This document shows, piece after piece, positions 13,092-25,682 of a stretch of DNA of 64,000 nt. Numbering within the stretch: position 1 is the first letter of the stretch; every line of letters starts with the position of its first letter. The translations under genes were made by a program, and so were the position numbers. Under the pieces are notes generated by a model, which was given only the letters and a program-made list of their open reading frames with translations, did no database searches and was not told the DNA's origin. Source of the stretch: Octopus bimaculoides (taxonomy: Eukaryota); assembly GCF_001194135.2 (NCBI RefSeq), contig NC_068993.1:44940985-45004984 (forward strand), written 5' to 3'.

Positions 13092-14494
13092 CATGAATGC
13101 GGAAGCCATGTTTTCACCTCTTCAACAAGATACCTGAAGAGGTGAATACATACCTGTTCCTGTATGCACCTCCATCATACTTTTACATTCGTCAATATTC
13201 CATTCAGTTTAGGGGTCTTGTTTTACTAGTGCTGGTGCCGAATGAAAAGCACCCAGATCACTCTGTAAAGTGGCTGGCATTAGGAAGGGCATCTTGGTGT
13301 ATGAACCATGCCATAACAGACATTGGAGCTCAGCACAATCCTCTTGCTTGTTGTTTCCTGTCAAACCATCTAGCATATGCCAGCATGGAAAAAGGGGCTT
13401 TGAATGAAGATTTGGTGTGTATATGCACATATATATGTATATGCATATACATACATACATGGAAAACAGATGTTAAATGATGATGATGATGATATATATA
13501 TATAGAAAAGACTTTTACATAATTTCCATAAATCAAATTTCATTCCCAAGATGTGATTGAAGCAAGGTTATGGAAAATACCCAACTATAGAATTAGAACT
13601 GGAAATTTTAAAAAATTGCTATAGAAAAAAAGAAAACTAGTAATCAATATGATTATTATTGCTTTATACAATGAATATGAGAGCAGCCTTTTGCTTAATT
13701 CCTGCAATTAAATATTGCAATGTGAGGTGAGGATTCATGCAAAATTATATTTTGATAAAGAAATGAATGTAACTTGCTAATGTACATAGCTTCTGCTACT
13801 AATGTCAGTGGTTTCTGTTAATTAATTAATTGCAAGAGATCAAATTATGTCATTTTAATATGAAATATCAGTTAAATGTTTAATTATATTTCAATGTATT
13901 CATCATATCAGCCATTTATTTATTTATTTGAAAAAAAATTTTTTTTTTTTATTGAAATTTTATTCAAAGTTTAGAAATGTTAATAGTATATTTTAATTAA
14001 AACGTATAGTTTTTTTTTTTTTTTAAGTGAGAATGATTGAAACAGTTTCTTGCAGAAGAAGCAAAGTGTTTGAGGAAATATTGGACTTTACAAGCTGGAA
14101 AATAATCAAATTCAATCTATTCTGAGTGCTTTATTACACCTCTGTGCAAGACAGATTGTTTGTATGTGATTTGTTGATGTGGAATAATTGCCAAATCTTT
14201 TGGGGAGGTTAGCCACAACAGACTGGCAGCCCAACAAGAGGGTGACTTATTGCTCATTTTTTTAATGCAACAGAATCAAGAACTTTAGGCAAGTCCTTCT
14301 TGTTGGTGAATAGAGTTGTTAGCAGGCATAGCTCTGTGGTAAGAACTTTTCTTTCCAACCTGTAGTTCCAGGTTTACTTCCACTGAGTGGCACCTTGGGC
14401 AAGTGTCTTTTACTATAGCCTCAGGTCATCCAAAGCCTTGTGAGTGGATTTGACAGACAGAAACTGAAAGAAGCCTGTCATACCTATCTGTCTA

Positions 14495-14548
<54 letters not shown>

Positions 14549-14644
14549 AGTCTGTTTTACTTTATGAAGATGAATATTTTAAGTATTTCTTTCTTAAGTC
14601 ACATCAGAGATGTGATTTTGATTTTGTGTTTTTAAAGTTTACAC

Positions 14645-14722
14645 TCATGTAGTAATATATAATAATACATTCATGTAATAATATATAATAATACATTCAT
14701 GTAGTAATATATAATAATACAT
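14645..14722. repeat. 26-bp tandem repeat x3
   Basis: TCATGTAGTAATATATAATAATACAT, one substitution in the middle copy. Confidence 0.9.
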
Positions 14723-16643
14723 AAGGTGGTGAGCTGGCAGAGTTGTTAGCATGTTGGGCAAAATGTTTAGCAGCATTTCATCTGTCTTTATGTTCTGAGT
14801 TCAAATTCCACTGAGGTTGACTTTACCTTTCATCCTTTCAGGGTTGATAAAATAAATACCAGTTGAATACTGGTGTTGATGTAATTGACTTAACCCTTCC
14901 TTGAAATTGCTGGCCTTGTGCCGAAATTTAAAATCAATATATTATAATAAATGTGTGTGTGTGTGTGTGTGTGTGAATTTATAATAAAAGCAATTTAACA
15001 TTAACCTGAAGAATTACTCAATGCTTTTTGTAGAGTGCATGTTTATTGTACTTTTACAAGAAGGTAGGCTGACAGTGATTTTGAAGTTTCAGCCTGCTGG
15101 CCTTTGTCAAACTATATATAGTGTGTGTATATATACATACACACATATATATCCATATATACACACATATATAAAGAAAAATTCCCCCTCCAAAATTTCA
15201 GTTTTGAAATAATAAAAAAATTAGTTAAATAACCTTTATTATTAAACTAGTGTTTAAGGTGGCAAATTGGCAAAACCATTAGCCTGCCATATAAAATGCT
15301 TAGTGGCATTTCGTCTGTCATTATGTTCTGAGTTCAAATTCTACCATGGATGACTTTGCTCTTCATCCTTTCGGGGTTGATAAAATAAGTATCAGTCAAG
15401 CACTGGGGTTGATGTAATCGATTATCCTCTTCCTCCCGGATGTTAGGCCTTGTGCCTACAGTAGAAAGAATGATTAAACTGGTATTTGAAACATATTTTG
15501 TTCTATCTCGGAAAAGTCATTATATTAGTAATAAAAACATGCGCTGGTTCCATTTTGTTTGTTAATTGACAATTGGTTAACTATTTAACCAGTTAATTGG
15601 TTGATTGATTAATCATTTAGTTAACCAATCAGTTATGTTTGTCCAAATCTTTTTGTCACCATTTGCAAATCAAACAATCACATAACCTCTCTACTCCAAT
15701 CAGTTTAACATGAAATATTTATGAAAGGTTTTAATTTAGATCCCTTTAAAACAGGGAGTTTGTATTGTAGAACCAAGGGCAATTTCAGGCAGGTTAGTAT
15801 CAAAAGGGTTAAACCAAAATCAATGTGTCGAACATAAAGTGAGAAAAACAAAGCCAGAATGTATTTCAGTGCCTTGTAATTTTTTTTTTTTTTTTTTGCT
15901 TGTTTTTGTACTTCTAAAATAAATCTTTAATTCAGTTAATTAGTGGTGTTAATTAGTGATATTCCCATTCCTAAACATCGTACTTGACACCTTCACTTTC
16001 ACCATCTCCTGCCAGCTTCTTTGTTGTTCTTCGTTTCGATTTCTTCTGTCGTTTCTTTAATTCTTACTGAAGCTGTGATGACGTGAAGGAAGTCGAGTTA
16101 AGTGGAGAATTCTAAACTATTATTGATTCTTTTCTATTGAACTCATATCCAGGTTCATTTCAATGTTATCAGGGTCACATCACGTCACACCCTACAAACA
16201 ACTTTCTACCGAAAAACAACAATAACAATAATACTTTCTGCTATGAGCACAGAGTCTGAAATTTTGAGGGATGTTGTACTGGTTGATTGCATTGATCTCA
16301 GTGCTTGACTGGTACTTATTTTATTGACCCTGGAAGGATGAAATGACAAAGTTGACCTTGACAGAATTTGAACTCAGAAAGTAAAGAGCCGAAAGAAATA
16401 CCACTAAACATTTTCTCCGATGTGCTAATGGTTCTGTCAACAACAACAACAATAATAAAGAAAGAAATAAAATCTTAAAGATCCTAATTAATTGTTATTT
16501 CCTTCACCAACTTCCACTCATTCCTCACCCATTCCTCATCTCACTTTGCAGTGAAATTTGAATCCCATGCCTTTATTCTATGAAGTTCAATCACCATTCT
16601 TGTTTTCTTATTCTTTCTCTTCTTTTTTTTAAATTTCTTCAAG

Positions 16644-16760
16644 GTTGAGAATGTGAAATGGTTGGATCGTGTCAACCCCCGCAAGTCATCGGAAGGTACT
16701 TTACATTTAACCGCCACCCACCTGATTTTTGTGGACAACGTTCGGAAAAAGGAAACATGG
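16644..16760 (+). CDS. MTMR6: Myotubularin-related protein 6/7/8 subfamily, coding exon 2 (PH-GRAM start): VENVKWLDRVNPRKSSEGTLHLTATHLIFVDNVRKKETW
   Basis: 117 nt, phase 0/0, long pyrimidine tract + AAG acceptor, GTAAGT donor. The peptide matches the recalled MTMR6/7/8 N-terminus (VEQVKLLDR...GTLYLTATHLLF...KETW). The symbol denotes the MTMR6/7/8 co-ortholog; the paralog cannot be assigned. Confidence 0.95.
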
Positions 16761-17149
16761 GTAAGTTATAAATAATCTTTCAGCTTCTGTAATCTGGTTT
16801 AACTGACTCAAATTTGAGCAAGTGTGAATTAAGAAACTTTGTGCTAATGTTTGCCATAATGGCTGTTAACTTTATTTTCCATGAGCATCTATATAATCAC
16901 TTAGCAACCAGAAATAGCAACCAGATTTCCCTAAAATCATACCTAGCATGGTAACTGTAGGAAGAATACATTAGACAATGTAATCCTGGACATACTTTAG
17001 CTGAATAAAAGATAGGATTACGTCAGAAATGTTTCAGCCAAGGTTAAATGTTTCAGAGACAGACTGACTAGTTGGTGTTTTAGCATGACTTTAAGCAACT
17101 GAATCAACTATTTAGCTCTCATCAATCAGATGGCACTTGTAATTTCATG

Positions 17150-17217
<68 letters not shown>

Positions 17218-17910
17218 TAAAAATAAAAAAATATAAAAAAGTGTTTTGTATGATCATGTATAGAGGAATATATTATTTAAAAGAGTTCCAACTCTGTCTG
17301 TTTTTTATGTTTTATTTATATTCTTATCAAATTAATGTGGTATATAGAATATGGAATATATAATATAAATAGTAAAATGAAATGAAGTATTGAATGTCGT
17401 ATTGAATATATGAAATATTGAGTATTAAATATAGAGTATTAAATATATAAGGACTAGTATACTTTCCTGCCTCATGGCATTCACCAAGGTGACAGATATC
17501 ACAGACATGCCAGCAAGGTAGGCAGTCCCTACCTTGAATAAAATAGATTGATAGCAACATTTTTCTTTTATGGCAAAATATGCACCTAATTCAATAAAAT
17601 TATGAAGGTTACTCTGATTACTATGCATAAAATACAAAATATTTTATTTTCTTGTAGATTAGGTAGGGATAATTTGCCCCTGCCTTTCATTTTCAGTATT
17701 TAAACCATGCATAGTAATGCCGTAGTACACGTTGTGTACACTCCTACATTTTCTTTACGGGCTATAAAGGCAGAAGTAAATCTGCCTTCAACTTAGTCAC
17801 GCACCTATATTTCGCTTATTTTTTCTGTGTTTTACTACATAAAGGTCACCAACTGCCTACCCTGAGTAGTTACTGACGGCACGGGCCTGATACATACACA
17901 CACAGACATA

Positions 17911-18127
17911 TACAGGGTTGGTCAAAAGTCACCCAACAGTAAATCAAAATTCCATAAATACTATCTGTAATTCTGATTTGATTCGAATGGAAAAATGTGT
18001 CGCTCAAGAAGGACTTCAGTTTGAACAATTTTCATATTTAGATGCTTTTATTAAATTCATCCAGTTGTTAAGCATAAATAAATCTTGGAATTAAATGGTT
18101 TTGATTTACTGCTTTTGACATCCTGCA
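17911..18127. mobile_element. Degenerate Tc1/mariner-type MITE
   Basis: TA|CAGGGTTGGTCAAAAG...CAGTAAATCAAAA vs right-end reverse complement CAGGATGTCAAAAG CAGTAAATCAAAA. Confidence 0.6.
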
Positions 18128-18454
18128 TTGAAAGATCATTTCTCGAAAATTGGCAAAATAGAAAAATTATTCAATCGGAATCTCTAAAGCGAGTTTATTT
18201 TCTATTTGTAGTCATGAAATCCAATTTGTTTTCTTAAAATTCTCCATGGAAAGAAGAAATATTAGCCAATGTTAATTGAAGAGATTGTCTTCAAACAGCA
18301 GTGGCAAGTGCTATTAAACAAAATGTCAGGTGTGAGCAAGGTGCACATAATGTTGCCTAGTGCAATGTGTGTCTATTAACAGTATGCAAACTAATTTTTG
18401 CTGCAGCAGGAAGTTTCAACTGGACTTAAATATCACGGAATTGTCTATAGTTAC

Positions 18455-18865
18455 ATCATCATCATCACTTGCTAAACATCATCGTTACCTTTAACACAAC
18501 CATAATCATCATCATGCATACCACCATCACCATTCTTCATCACTACCACTATCATCACCATCACAACCATTTTTATCACTATCATCATCAGCAGCATTAC
18601 TACCATCATCATCGTCATCAACACTGCTACAATCATCAATATCGTCTTCTTTACCACAGTCATCATCATCACCATAATCGTATTACCACCAGCATCATCA
18701 CCACCACCACCATTAACCAAACCATCACCACTACCACAATCACCACCACCTGCATCAGCAACCATCTTCCTACTCATCATCATCATCATCTCCATTAACC
18801 ATCATCAGTAGCTACACCAGGATTTCCACCATCATTATCACGGCCACCACCATCACCATCATTAG
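18455..18865. repeat. Long degenerate (CAT/CAC)n trinucleotide tract; similar tracts at about 3560-3860, 36985-37320, 52740-53125
   Basis: Low-complexity His/Thr/Ile-rich pseudo-ORFs in the track. The window also has dozens of (AC)n, (AG)n, (AT)n, (AAT)n, (TAG)n and (TCTG)n tracts. Confidence 0.9.
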
Positions 18866-19220
18866 TTTTGCTTCCCTGTTTCCATGCTGGCATGGCTTTG
18901 ACAGGTGCATTATCTATCCTGACTCGGTGGTTGCTTTCAGGAGATGTAGTTACATCTTCTGGAAGCAAGGAAGAAGAGATTATGGTGGTGGTGGCAATGG
19001 TGGCGATTTTGTTGTTGTTTGTGCATGTGTATTTCGTGTCTGTCTGCTGTCATGTGTTCGCAAGCAGTCATCTAGTAAGCATACTACCTCATTAGCCATT
19101 AATGAGTCCTGGTCAACGTCTTTTTGAATATAAGCTACATAATTACATACAGTCCTCTGAGCCACTTCTGAAAATTATGTAAGGCATATGTATGTATGTA
19201 TGTATGTATGTATGTGTGTA

Positions 19221-19262
<42 letters not shown>

Positions 19263-20122
19263 TTGCATGCCTTTGCTGTGAGCGTGTTTGTGAGTGTATG
19301 CGTGAACCATACTGTTGTCTTCAATAGACAGCAGACAAAAAAAAACACAGTTATAATATTTAGAAGTTTAGTAAGCAATAGGTACAGTATTGATCACTTC
19401 GGCACGCAGTCTAACTAATAAGTTACATTATTAAGTTGTTAGCTTGTTGTTGTTGTGGTAGTTGCTGTTTCTTTTATACAGATATTTGAAATATTGATTT
19501 TGCTTGCTTGTTGGCTTGTTTTATGAAGCACATGGCAATTTTAGTTGAGGAGAGAGTGCAAACCTAGTAATTACTGGTATTTATTGTTAACTAAAGGGAC
19601 AGATGATGAAATCTAGGTTGGCAGTATCTTTAGTAGTAGTAATAATAACAACAACAACAACAACAACAACAATAATAATAATAATAATAATAATCTTTTT
19701 TACTAAAGGCAGAAGGCCTGAAATTTTGGGGGAGGATGATTAGTTGATTACATCGACCCCAGTATTTCACTTGTACTTAATTTATCAACCCCAGAAGGAT
19801 GAAAAGCAAAGTTGACTTTGGCGGAATTTGAACTCAGAACATAGCGATTCCAGTACTCCACTGGTACTATTTTATCAACCCCGAAAAGATGAAAGGCAAA
19901 GTTGACCTCGGCAACATTTGAATTCAGAATGGAAAAATAGATGAAATTCCACTTACCATTTTGCCTGGCGTGCTAATGATTCTGTCAACTTACTACCTTA
20001 ATAATAATAATAATAGTAATAATGATGATAATAATAATATGAATATCTTTCTTAATAAGCGTGACTTTGAAGTTGTGAAAATGCTTGTAGTTGTGGCTAC
20101 GGTTTATTCAGAAGAGAATTAG

Positions 20123-20165
20123 CCATACTGAAGTGATCTAACCATACTGAAGTGATCTAACCATA
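20123..20165. repeat. 19-bp tandem duplication
   Basis: CCATACTGAAGTGATCTAA x2 + CCATA. Confidence 0.9.
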
Positions 20166-21879
20166 ATGGGCTAACTTCAATACCAAGGCACTGAAAGCTA
20201 TCAACTCATTTTTCCTGGCAAACAAAATAAAGGTCTGTTTGCCCTATAAGCTATTCCAGGAACTAGCAGAACTAGGTTCACATACCTGCTATAGTGCTGG
20301 CCTAATCTTGAACCATGAAGTCAGTTAAGGCCTCAGAATGATGACTCCTTTTCCCATTCAGACTGGTATAATGAATCTGTTGATAAAAGATGTCCCACTG
20401 TGAATTACTATATGGTTGCTGTCTCCTAATTTTAACATATCTTTGGAAGTCATGGATATTCTGTACAGACTGTCATGGTGAAGTTGAGTGTTGGTGGTGT
20501 TTCTGCAGTTGGATACGAGATCTATATTAATTAGGTCTTGCCAATGAGACATTTGATAGTGACACAATGAGGGTAAAACTCCAGGGAAATGTCTTAGTCC
20601 TTTTCGTGTTAGATGATTCTAGAATGACAGAACATCAATAGAAACGACTGTTATTTTGTAGAATAGTTGGGAAACATAATAATTTCACATAACATGTACA
20701 GGGAGTGGAATGGCTGGATTAAGTGGCAGACAAAGGATTGAAGGAAGAAAAGGTGTAAGAAAGGAAGGAAGGAAGAGAGAAAAGAATAAGGTGAAATTAT
20801 GTAAGAAGAAAAGATTCAAATGAGAAATGTTATATTAAAGACAGACATAAAATTGGCGTTAATAATAAATTCTGTAATGACATACCTTGGTGTTTGCTGT
20901 CAAGTCTGCTTCTATGATTAACTTTACAGCTATATTATTTAAACTGAATCTCATTTAATAAAGCTGCCTTTGAAATATGATCAAAGTTGTATCAAACTAT
21001 CTTCTATGAAATAACAACAGCGCCAATAAACGGTGTGCTTTAAAAATAAGCACAGAGAGAGACAGAGGGGGGAGAGAGAGAGAGAGAGATTTTCATATAG
21101 TTACTAAATATATTTTTAATATATATTTAAGTGCAGGCATGTATGTGTGGTAAGAAGCTTGCTTTCTTGTCACATGGTTCCAGGTTCAGTCCCATTGTGT
21201 AGCACCTTGGGCAAGTGTCTTCTGTTATAGCCCTGGGCCAACCAAAACCTTGTGAGTGAATTTAGTAGACAGAAACTGGAAGAAGCTCATTGTGTGTGTA
21301 TCTATCTGTCTTTGTGCATGTGTTTGCCCACCACAACTGCCTGACAACTGGTGTTGGTGTGTTTACATCCCCGTAACTTAGCAGTTTGACAAAAGAGACC
21401 GATAAGATAAGTACCAGGTTTAGCAAAAAAATTAAGTATTGGAGTCGATTCATTTGACTAAAATTTTTTAAGCTGGTGCCCCAGCATGGCCGCAGTCTAA
21501 TAACTGAAACAAGTAAAAGATAAAAGATAGCTAGGAAATTAGTGTGGCTGTGGTACTATCAAAGGCGTTTCAGTAGCTTGAAATGCGATTCAAATCAGCT
21601 AGTTTTGTATTTCATCAGAGATCATATATCTCCGTCTTCCCAGATGTCGAAAGAAAGTAATGTAGAGCATGTTAAACATGTACAATAGATTATGACTGAG
21701 TGACTGTTATTACTCATTTGTATTATGGTGCAAGGTTGATGGCCCAACATTACAAACTACAGTATCAGTATAGTGTGGTTTCTGAACACATATATTCTCA
21801 CTACTTTGTATTTCCAATACCCACCTCTATTACTGAAATAATTGCTTAATTTACTAACCACTCTTTTGCCTTTGCTACA

Positions 21880-22080
21880 TACAAAATCTTGCTCTCTCTC
21901 TCAGCCTTCCTGTAATTCTGCTGCATCTGTAGTGCACCAATAGTTTACGCTGGGGACATAGTAGAGAGTTTCTACTGTTTTCTTTTTCGCATACTGAGGA
22001 TTGCCATTTCCCAGATGGCGGTAGAGTCGTGTTCTTTCCTGTTGATTAACTCTTTCATGCTTGCTTGGTTCATTTCAAGA
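21880..22080 (-). mobile_element. Possible L1/Tx1 ORF2 zinc-knuckle region relic
   Basis: Minus strand RTRLYRHLGNGNPQYAK / ETVETL resembles R.xLYRH...P.CxxC...ETV.H; cysteines are not preserved. Confidence 0.35.
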
Positions 22081-23396
22081 TTCTTGATTCTCAACCTTGT
22101 TTCCACATTTGGAATTTCTTATGTAATTTTTTTTTTCTTCTTGTCAGATTCAATTATGAGAAATAGGTCATAGGTATACAAGAGTTCCCATAAACAATTA
22201 ATTAGTCTTAAACTCCTATGATAAATGAAAGGAGGTGAGGGTGAAAACTGACTACTGATGGATACTGACACACATGCTAAATTCTTTGCTCAAGACACTC
22301 CATTCGTTTATACTTATTTTTTGAAACAATTGCTCTGCTATATAGCTTCATGCCCTGTCAAAGCCTTCTCCAGATCAACAAATGTTATAGAGGCTTTCTC
22401 TCAGTTAAGAACTTTTGTAGTTGTCTCATTGGTGGTTCCCTATCCTTGTACAAACCCAAACTGCATTATATAAATGCTAATTCTCTGCTGAATTAGCTGT
22501 GCTTTCTCTCTCTCTCTCTCTCTCACATACAAAGGCATACATATATACGCACATGTGTACATGTGCATGTGTGCACATATTTGAAGTTGAAGTCGATTTT
22601 TGTTGGCATTCAAAGTTTCATGTCAGATTAATATTTTAGAATGTCAAACTCTGAGTTACAGCAAAAGGAGTTTTAGCTTCAAATAAACATTTAAACATTG
22701 CTTGGGATTGAGTTCTCTCTTCCACACATTTACAAAATTCAAGCACAAAGAACATTGTCCATGTGCTCTGATAAGTTCTAAGCCCCCCCCCCCCAATACT
22801 TTCTAACTTAGAGACAAGGCTACAAATCTCCTGGGAGAAGAGATAGCTGATTCATTGATTTGTGACCTGTTTGGTACTTACTTTATCAAATCCAGATGAG
22901 TCAACTTTAGCAGGATTTTAAACTCACAATATAATGAATGAAAGAGAATAATGCTGCATAGAAGAAAATTTGAAAGAGTGAAAGAACAATAGGGAGAAAA
23001 GAAAAAATTAAAGGCATGAAAGAAAGGAAAGGTAATTAAGGAAAATAGTTCAGCCACCCACCAATCTCTATAGAAGCAGTAGCAGTAGTTGTGATAGGAG
23101 TGGTGGATTGTGGTTTTGGTAGTATTATTAGTAGTAGTTGTAGTTGTAATGGTGGTGGTGGTGGTAGTTGTCGTTTTCTTCTAACAAATGCACAAAGCTA
23201 GAAATTTGGGGCTAGGGAGCGAATCAATTAAATCAAGCAAGCCCAGTACTTGACTGGTTCTTAATTTCATCAATCCCAGGAAGCGTGAAAGGTTGAGTTG
23301 ACCTTGGTGGGATTTGAAATGAGAAGAGTCGGATGAAGTACCACAAGATATTGTGTTTGATGCTCCAACGATTCTGCCAATCAATCCATTACCTGA

Positions 23397-23428
<32 letters not shown>

Positions 23429-23609
23429 TAATAGAAATTAATTCTGTAATTTAATTGTGGAGTATATTTGAATAAATCATCGCCCAGTACTTGATTGGTA
23501 TTTTGAGTTCAAATTCTACCTGAATCAACTTCATCTTTCATTCTTCCAGGGTCAATAAAATAAAGTATCAGTTAAGTACTTCATTCATTTGCTTTATTAC
23601 AAATACCAG

Positions 23610-23840
23610 GGACTGATTAGGCTGGTTCCTTGGTTTCCATGGTGTATTAATGATGAACATCACATTACTTCCTTTGAATGGGATGCCGGTCCGTTGCAAG
23701 GTTATTTATTACAGCTCAGTGACTAGTGCAATGGAATGTGAAGTGTCTTGCTGAAGAACATAATACACCACCTAGTCCGAGATTTGAAACCATGATCTTG
23801 CAATCATAAGTGCAACATCCTACCACTAGGCCATGTGCCG
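23610..23840 (-). mobile_element. Additional tRNA-headed SINE (GGGATGCCAGTCCATCACAGGGTTA-type body); second copy at about 32880-33080
   Basis: Two mutually similar segments ending in an antisense tRNA-like head (GAAACCATGATCTTGC...CAACA.CC.AACCACT). Confidence 0.6.
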
Positions 23841-23903
23841 AGTGGTAGGATATTGTACTGCAGTCAATGCTATCAACTGACTTTCTCCCCTCAAAATTAC
23901 TGG

Positions 23904-24290
23904 TCATCATCATCGTTTAACGTCCGCTTTCCATGCTAGCATGGGTTGGACGATTTGACTGAGGACTGGTGAACCAGATGGCTACACCAGGTTCAAATCT
24001 GATTTGGCAGAGTTTCTACAGCTGGATGCCCTTCTTAACGCCAACCACTCCGAGAGTGTAGTGGGTGCTTTTATGTGCCACCGGCACGAAGGCCAGTCAG
24101 GTGGTACTGGCAATGGCCACGCCCACAATGGTGTATTTTTTGTGCCACCTGCACAGGAGCCAGTCCAGCGGCACTGGCACAATCTCGCTCGAATGTCTTT
24201 ACACACGCCACCGGTACAAGTGCCAGGAAGGCGACACGGGGCACAGGTGGCATCACGATTTCGCTTTCGCTTGCCTCAACAGGTCTTTGC
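23904..24290 (-). mobile_element. RTE-type 3' tail element (GGAAGGGCATCCAGCTGTAGAAAC...CCATGCTAGCATGGAAA...ATGATGATG)
   Basis: Well preserved copy. Related tails at about 2745-2930(-), 3300-3570(+), 8740-8955(+), 11965-12175(+), 13215-13490(+), 32150-32365(+), 33095-33250(+), 44575-44900(-), 49610-49810(+), 50975-51250(-), 53505-53720(-), 54620-54830(-), 62540-62755(+). Confidence 0.75.
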
Positions 24291-24934
24291 TTGTGCTTAA
24301 ATTAAAAACTATTAGTTTATCAACTTCAGGATAATAAGACAATAGTCTGGAACACTTAATTGATGTTGTTTAATCCAGTTCAGCTCTAATCAAGTAGAAC
24401 TATGATCAAAGACCTTCTGGGCATGCCTGTCTCCTCTTTTCGTCCAGACATAGTGTATCTTGGATTATATGATCCAATGTACCTTCCTCTTTTGTAAGAT
24501 GGTTGGGTTTGATCTGAAGGTGATTTGACTGCTATTTTTAGCCCGTCAAGCAACTACACAGCAGTTCCCTAATTGGTCTGATGTGCACCGAGTGAACTTG
24601 CTAGCTGTATTAATCCAGAAATGACAAAGTAATCATTCTTTTCTGTAAGCCTGCTTTGCTTTAAATAATCTCAGAAAAATCATTGTTAATCTCTTAAAAT
24701 ACATTACCAAGTCTACTTAGAAGAAGTAAATCCTCTTGTTCAGTAAAAGGTTGTCATTTTTCTGCTATCAACCAATAACCTGGTAATGAATTTCTATGCA
24801 GTCATTTGACTTACTAGAAATAGCAGCCAAAGAAGGAAGGAAATATTGGATAGTGTAGTTAGAGAAACACACACAAAAAAATGGAAAAGGTGATGGTTGA
24901 AGCTGGAATGCTTTTGTTTATGTCTGTTTAATCA

Positions 24935-25497
24935 GATAACACCTTACGTGGATGAAGACCTTCTTTAGCCTGAGGTACTTTCACCTTTCCCTACTCACTG
25001 TCTTTGGCGCTTGACATTTTTATAGAGAACCCATTTCTCATTACCAGTAACTATTCAGTCCAAAAAAGGTTCATTCGTGAGATGTGACAGCAAAGAAGAG
25101 CACACATTCACTCTGTGCCTACAATTAGACTCGGAAAGTTTGTGAGGAACACAGTGATCCAATTTGTTGACTTTCCTGATGGTATGCAGGTGTCAGTGAA
25201 TGGTTGAATGACCAAATCCAAACTTCTCTGCTAGTTCTTCAACAGTTACAATGGCATTTTGTTCCACCAGAGTTTGCAGGACATCCTAGTTGAGCTCTAC
25301 AGATCTTACAGGACAAGGCTCGTCTTCTAGGATGTAGTTTCTGGTTTGGAATTTCTGGAAACACCGTTGACACTGGCTTACACTTATTGTCTGACCCCAT
25401 ATACTGCATTAATATCCCTTGCACTTTCTGTTGTGTTGTTGCTTTTATTGAACTCATAAAGCAAAATATGCCAGATATACTCCTTAGTTACTTCCAT
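24935..25497 (-). pseudogene. Degenerate Mariner (DD34D-type) transposase, N-terminal two-thirds
   Basis: Minus strand from ATG 25497: MEVTKEYIWHILLYEFNKSNNTTESARDINAVYG / TISVSQCQRCFQKF...LEDEPC...TVEELAEKFGFGHSTIH*HLH...CVPHKL (WVPHEL)...FLD*IVTGNEKWVLYKN (IVTGDEKW)...KEGLHPRKVL. Several stops and two frameshifts; the YSPDL half is absent. Confidence 0.9.
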
Positions 25498-25682
25498 TAT
25501 AGCTTTGGGAAAATAACTGTTAAAATTAAACTGCACTCTTCAAAACTTGCACTAAGAGTAAGTACAAAGTTAAAACTACTAACTGCTTTTATAACAAGTT
25601 GATACGTGGTTTAACCTGTCCCCCTCTGACTTTTAGTTCATGCAACTGAAAAAAGCCACATTATTTATGGGATGACCCAATA
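24935..25682 (-). mobile_element. Truncated Mariner element with 5' TIR
   Basis: The minus strand begins TA|TTGGGTCATCCCATAAATAATGTGGCTTTTTTC at 25682-25648, about 180 bp upstream of the transposase ATG. No matching 3' TIR seen. Confidence 0.8.

Noticed and set aside
16541-16738. Minus-strand 65-aa ORF overlapping MTMR exon 2
   Set aside because: Antisense shadow of the real exon plus its pyrimidine tract (poly-Lys); no independent support.
17502-17889. Possible hAT-like MITE with GGTAGGCAGT/ACTGCCTACC inverted motif
   Set aside because: Only 10-bp complementarity, weak termini, no 8-bp TSD.
20200-20660. Possible LINE relic or nested exon (ORF 20358-20567 -)
   Set aside because: Only vague motif resemblance; could not be assigned with confidence.
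21560-21630. Second hammerhead-like pattern on the minus strand (CTGATGA ... hairpin ... GAAACG)
   Set aside because: About 10 unpaired nt between the core and stem II and no stems I/III; not a valid fold.
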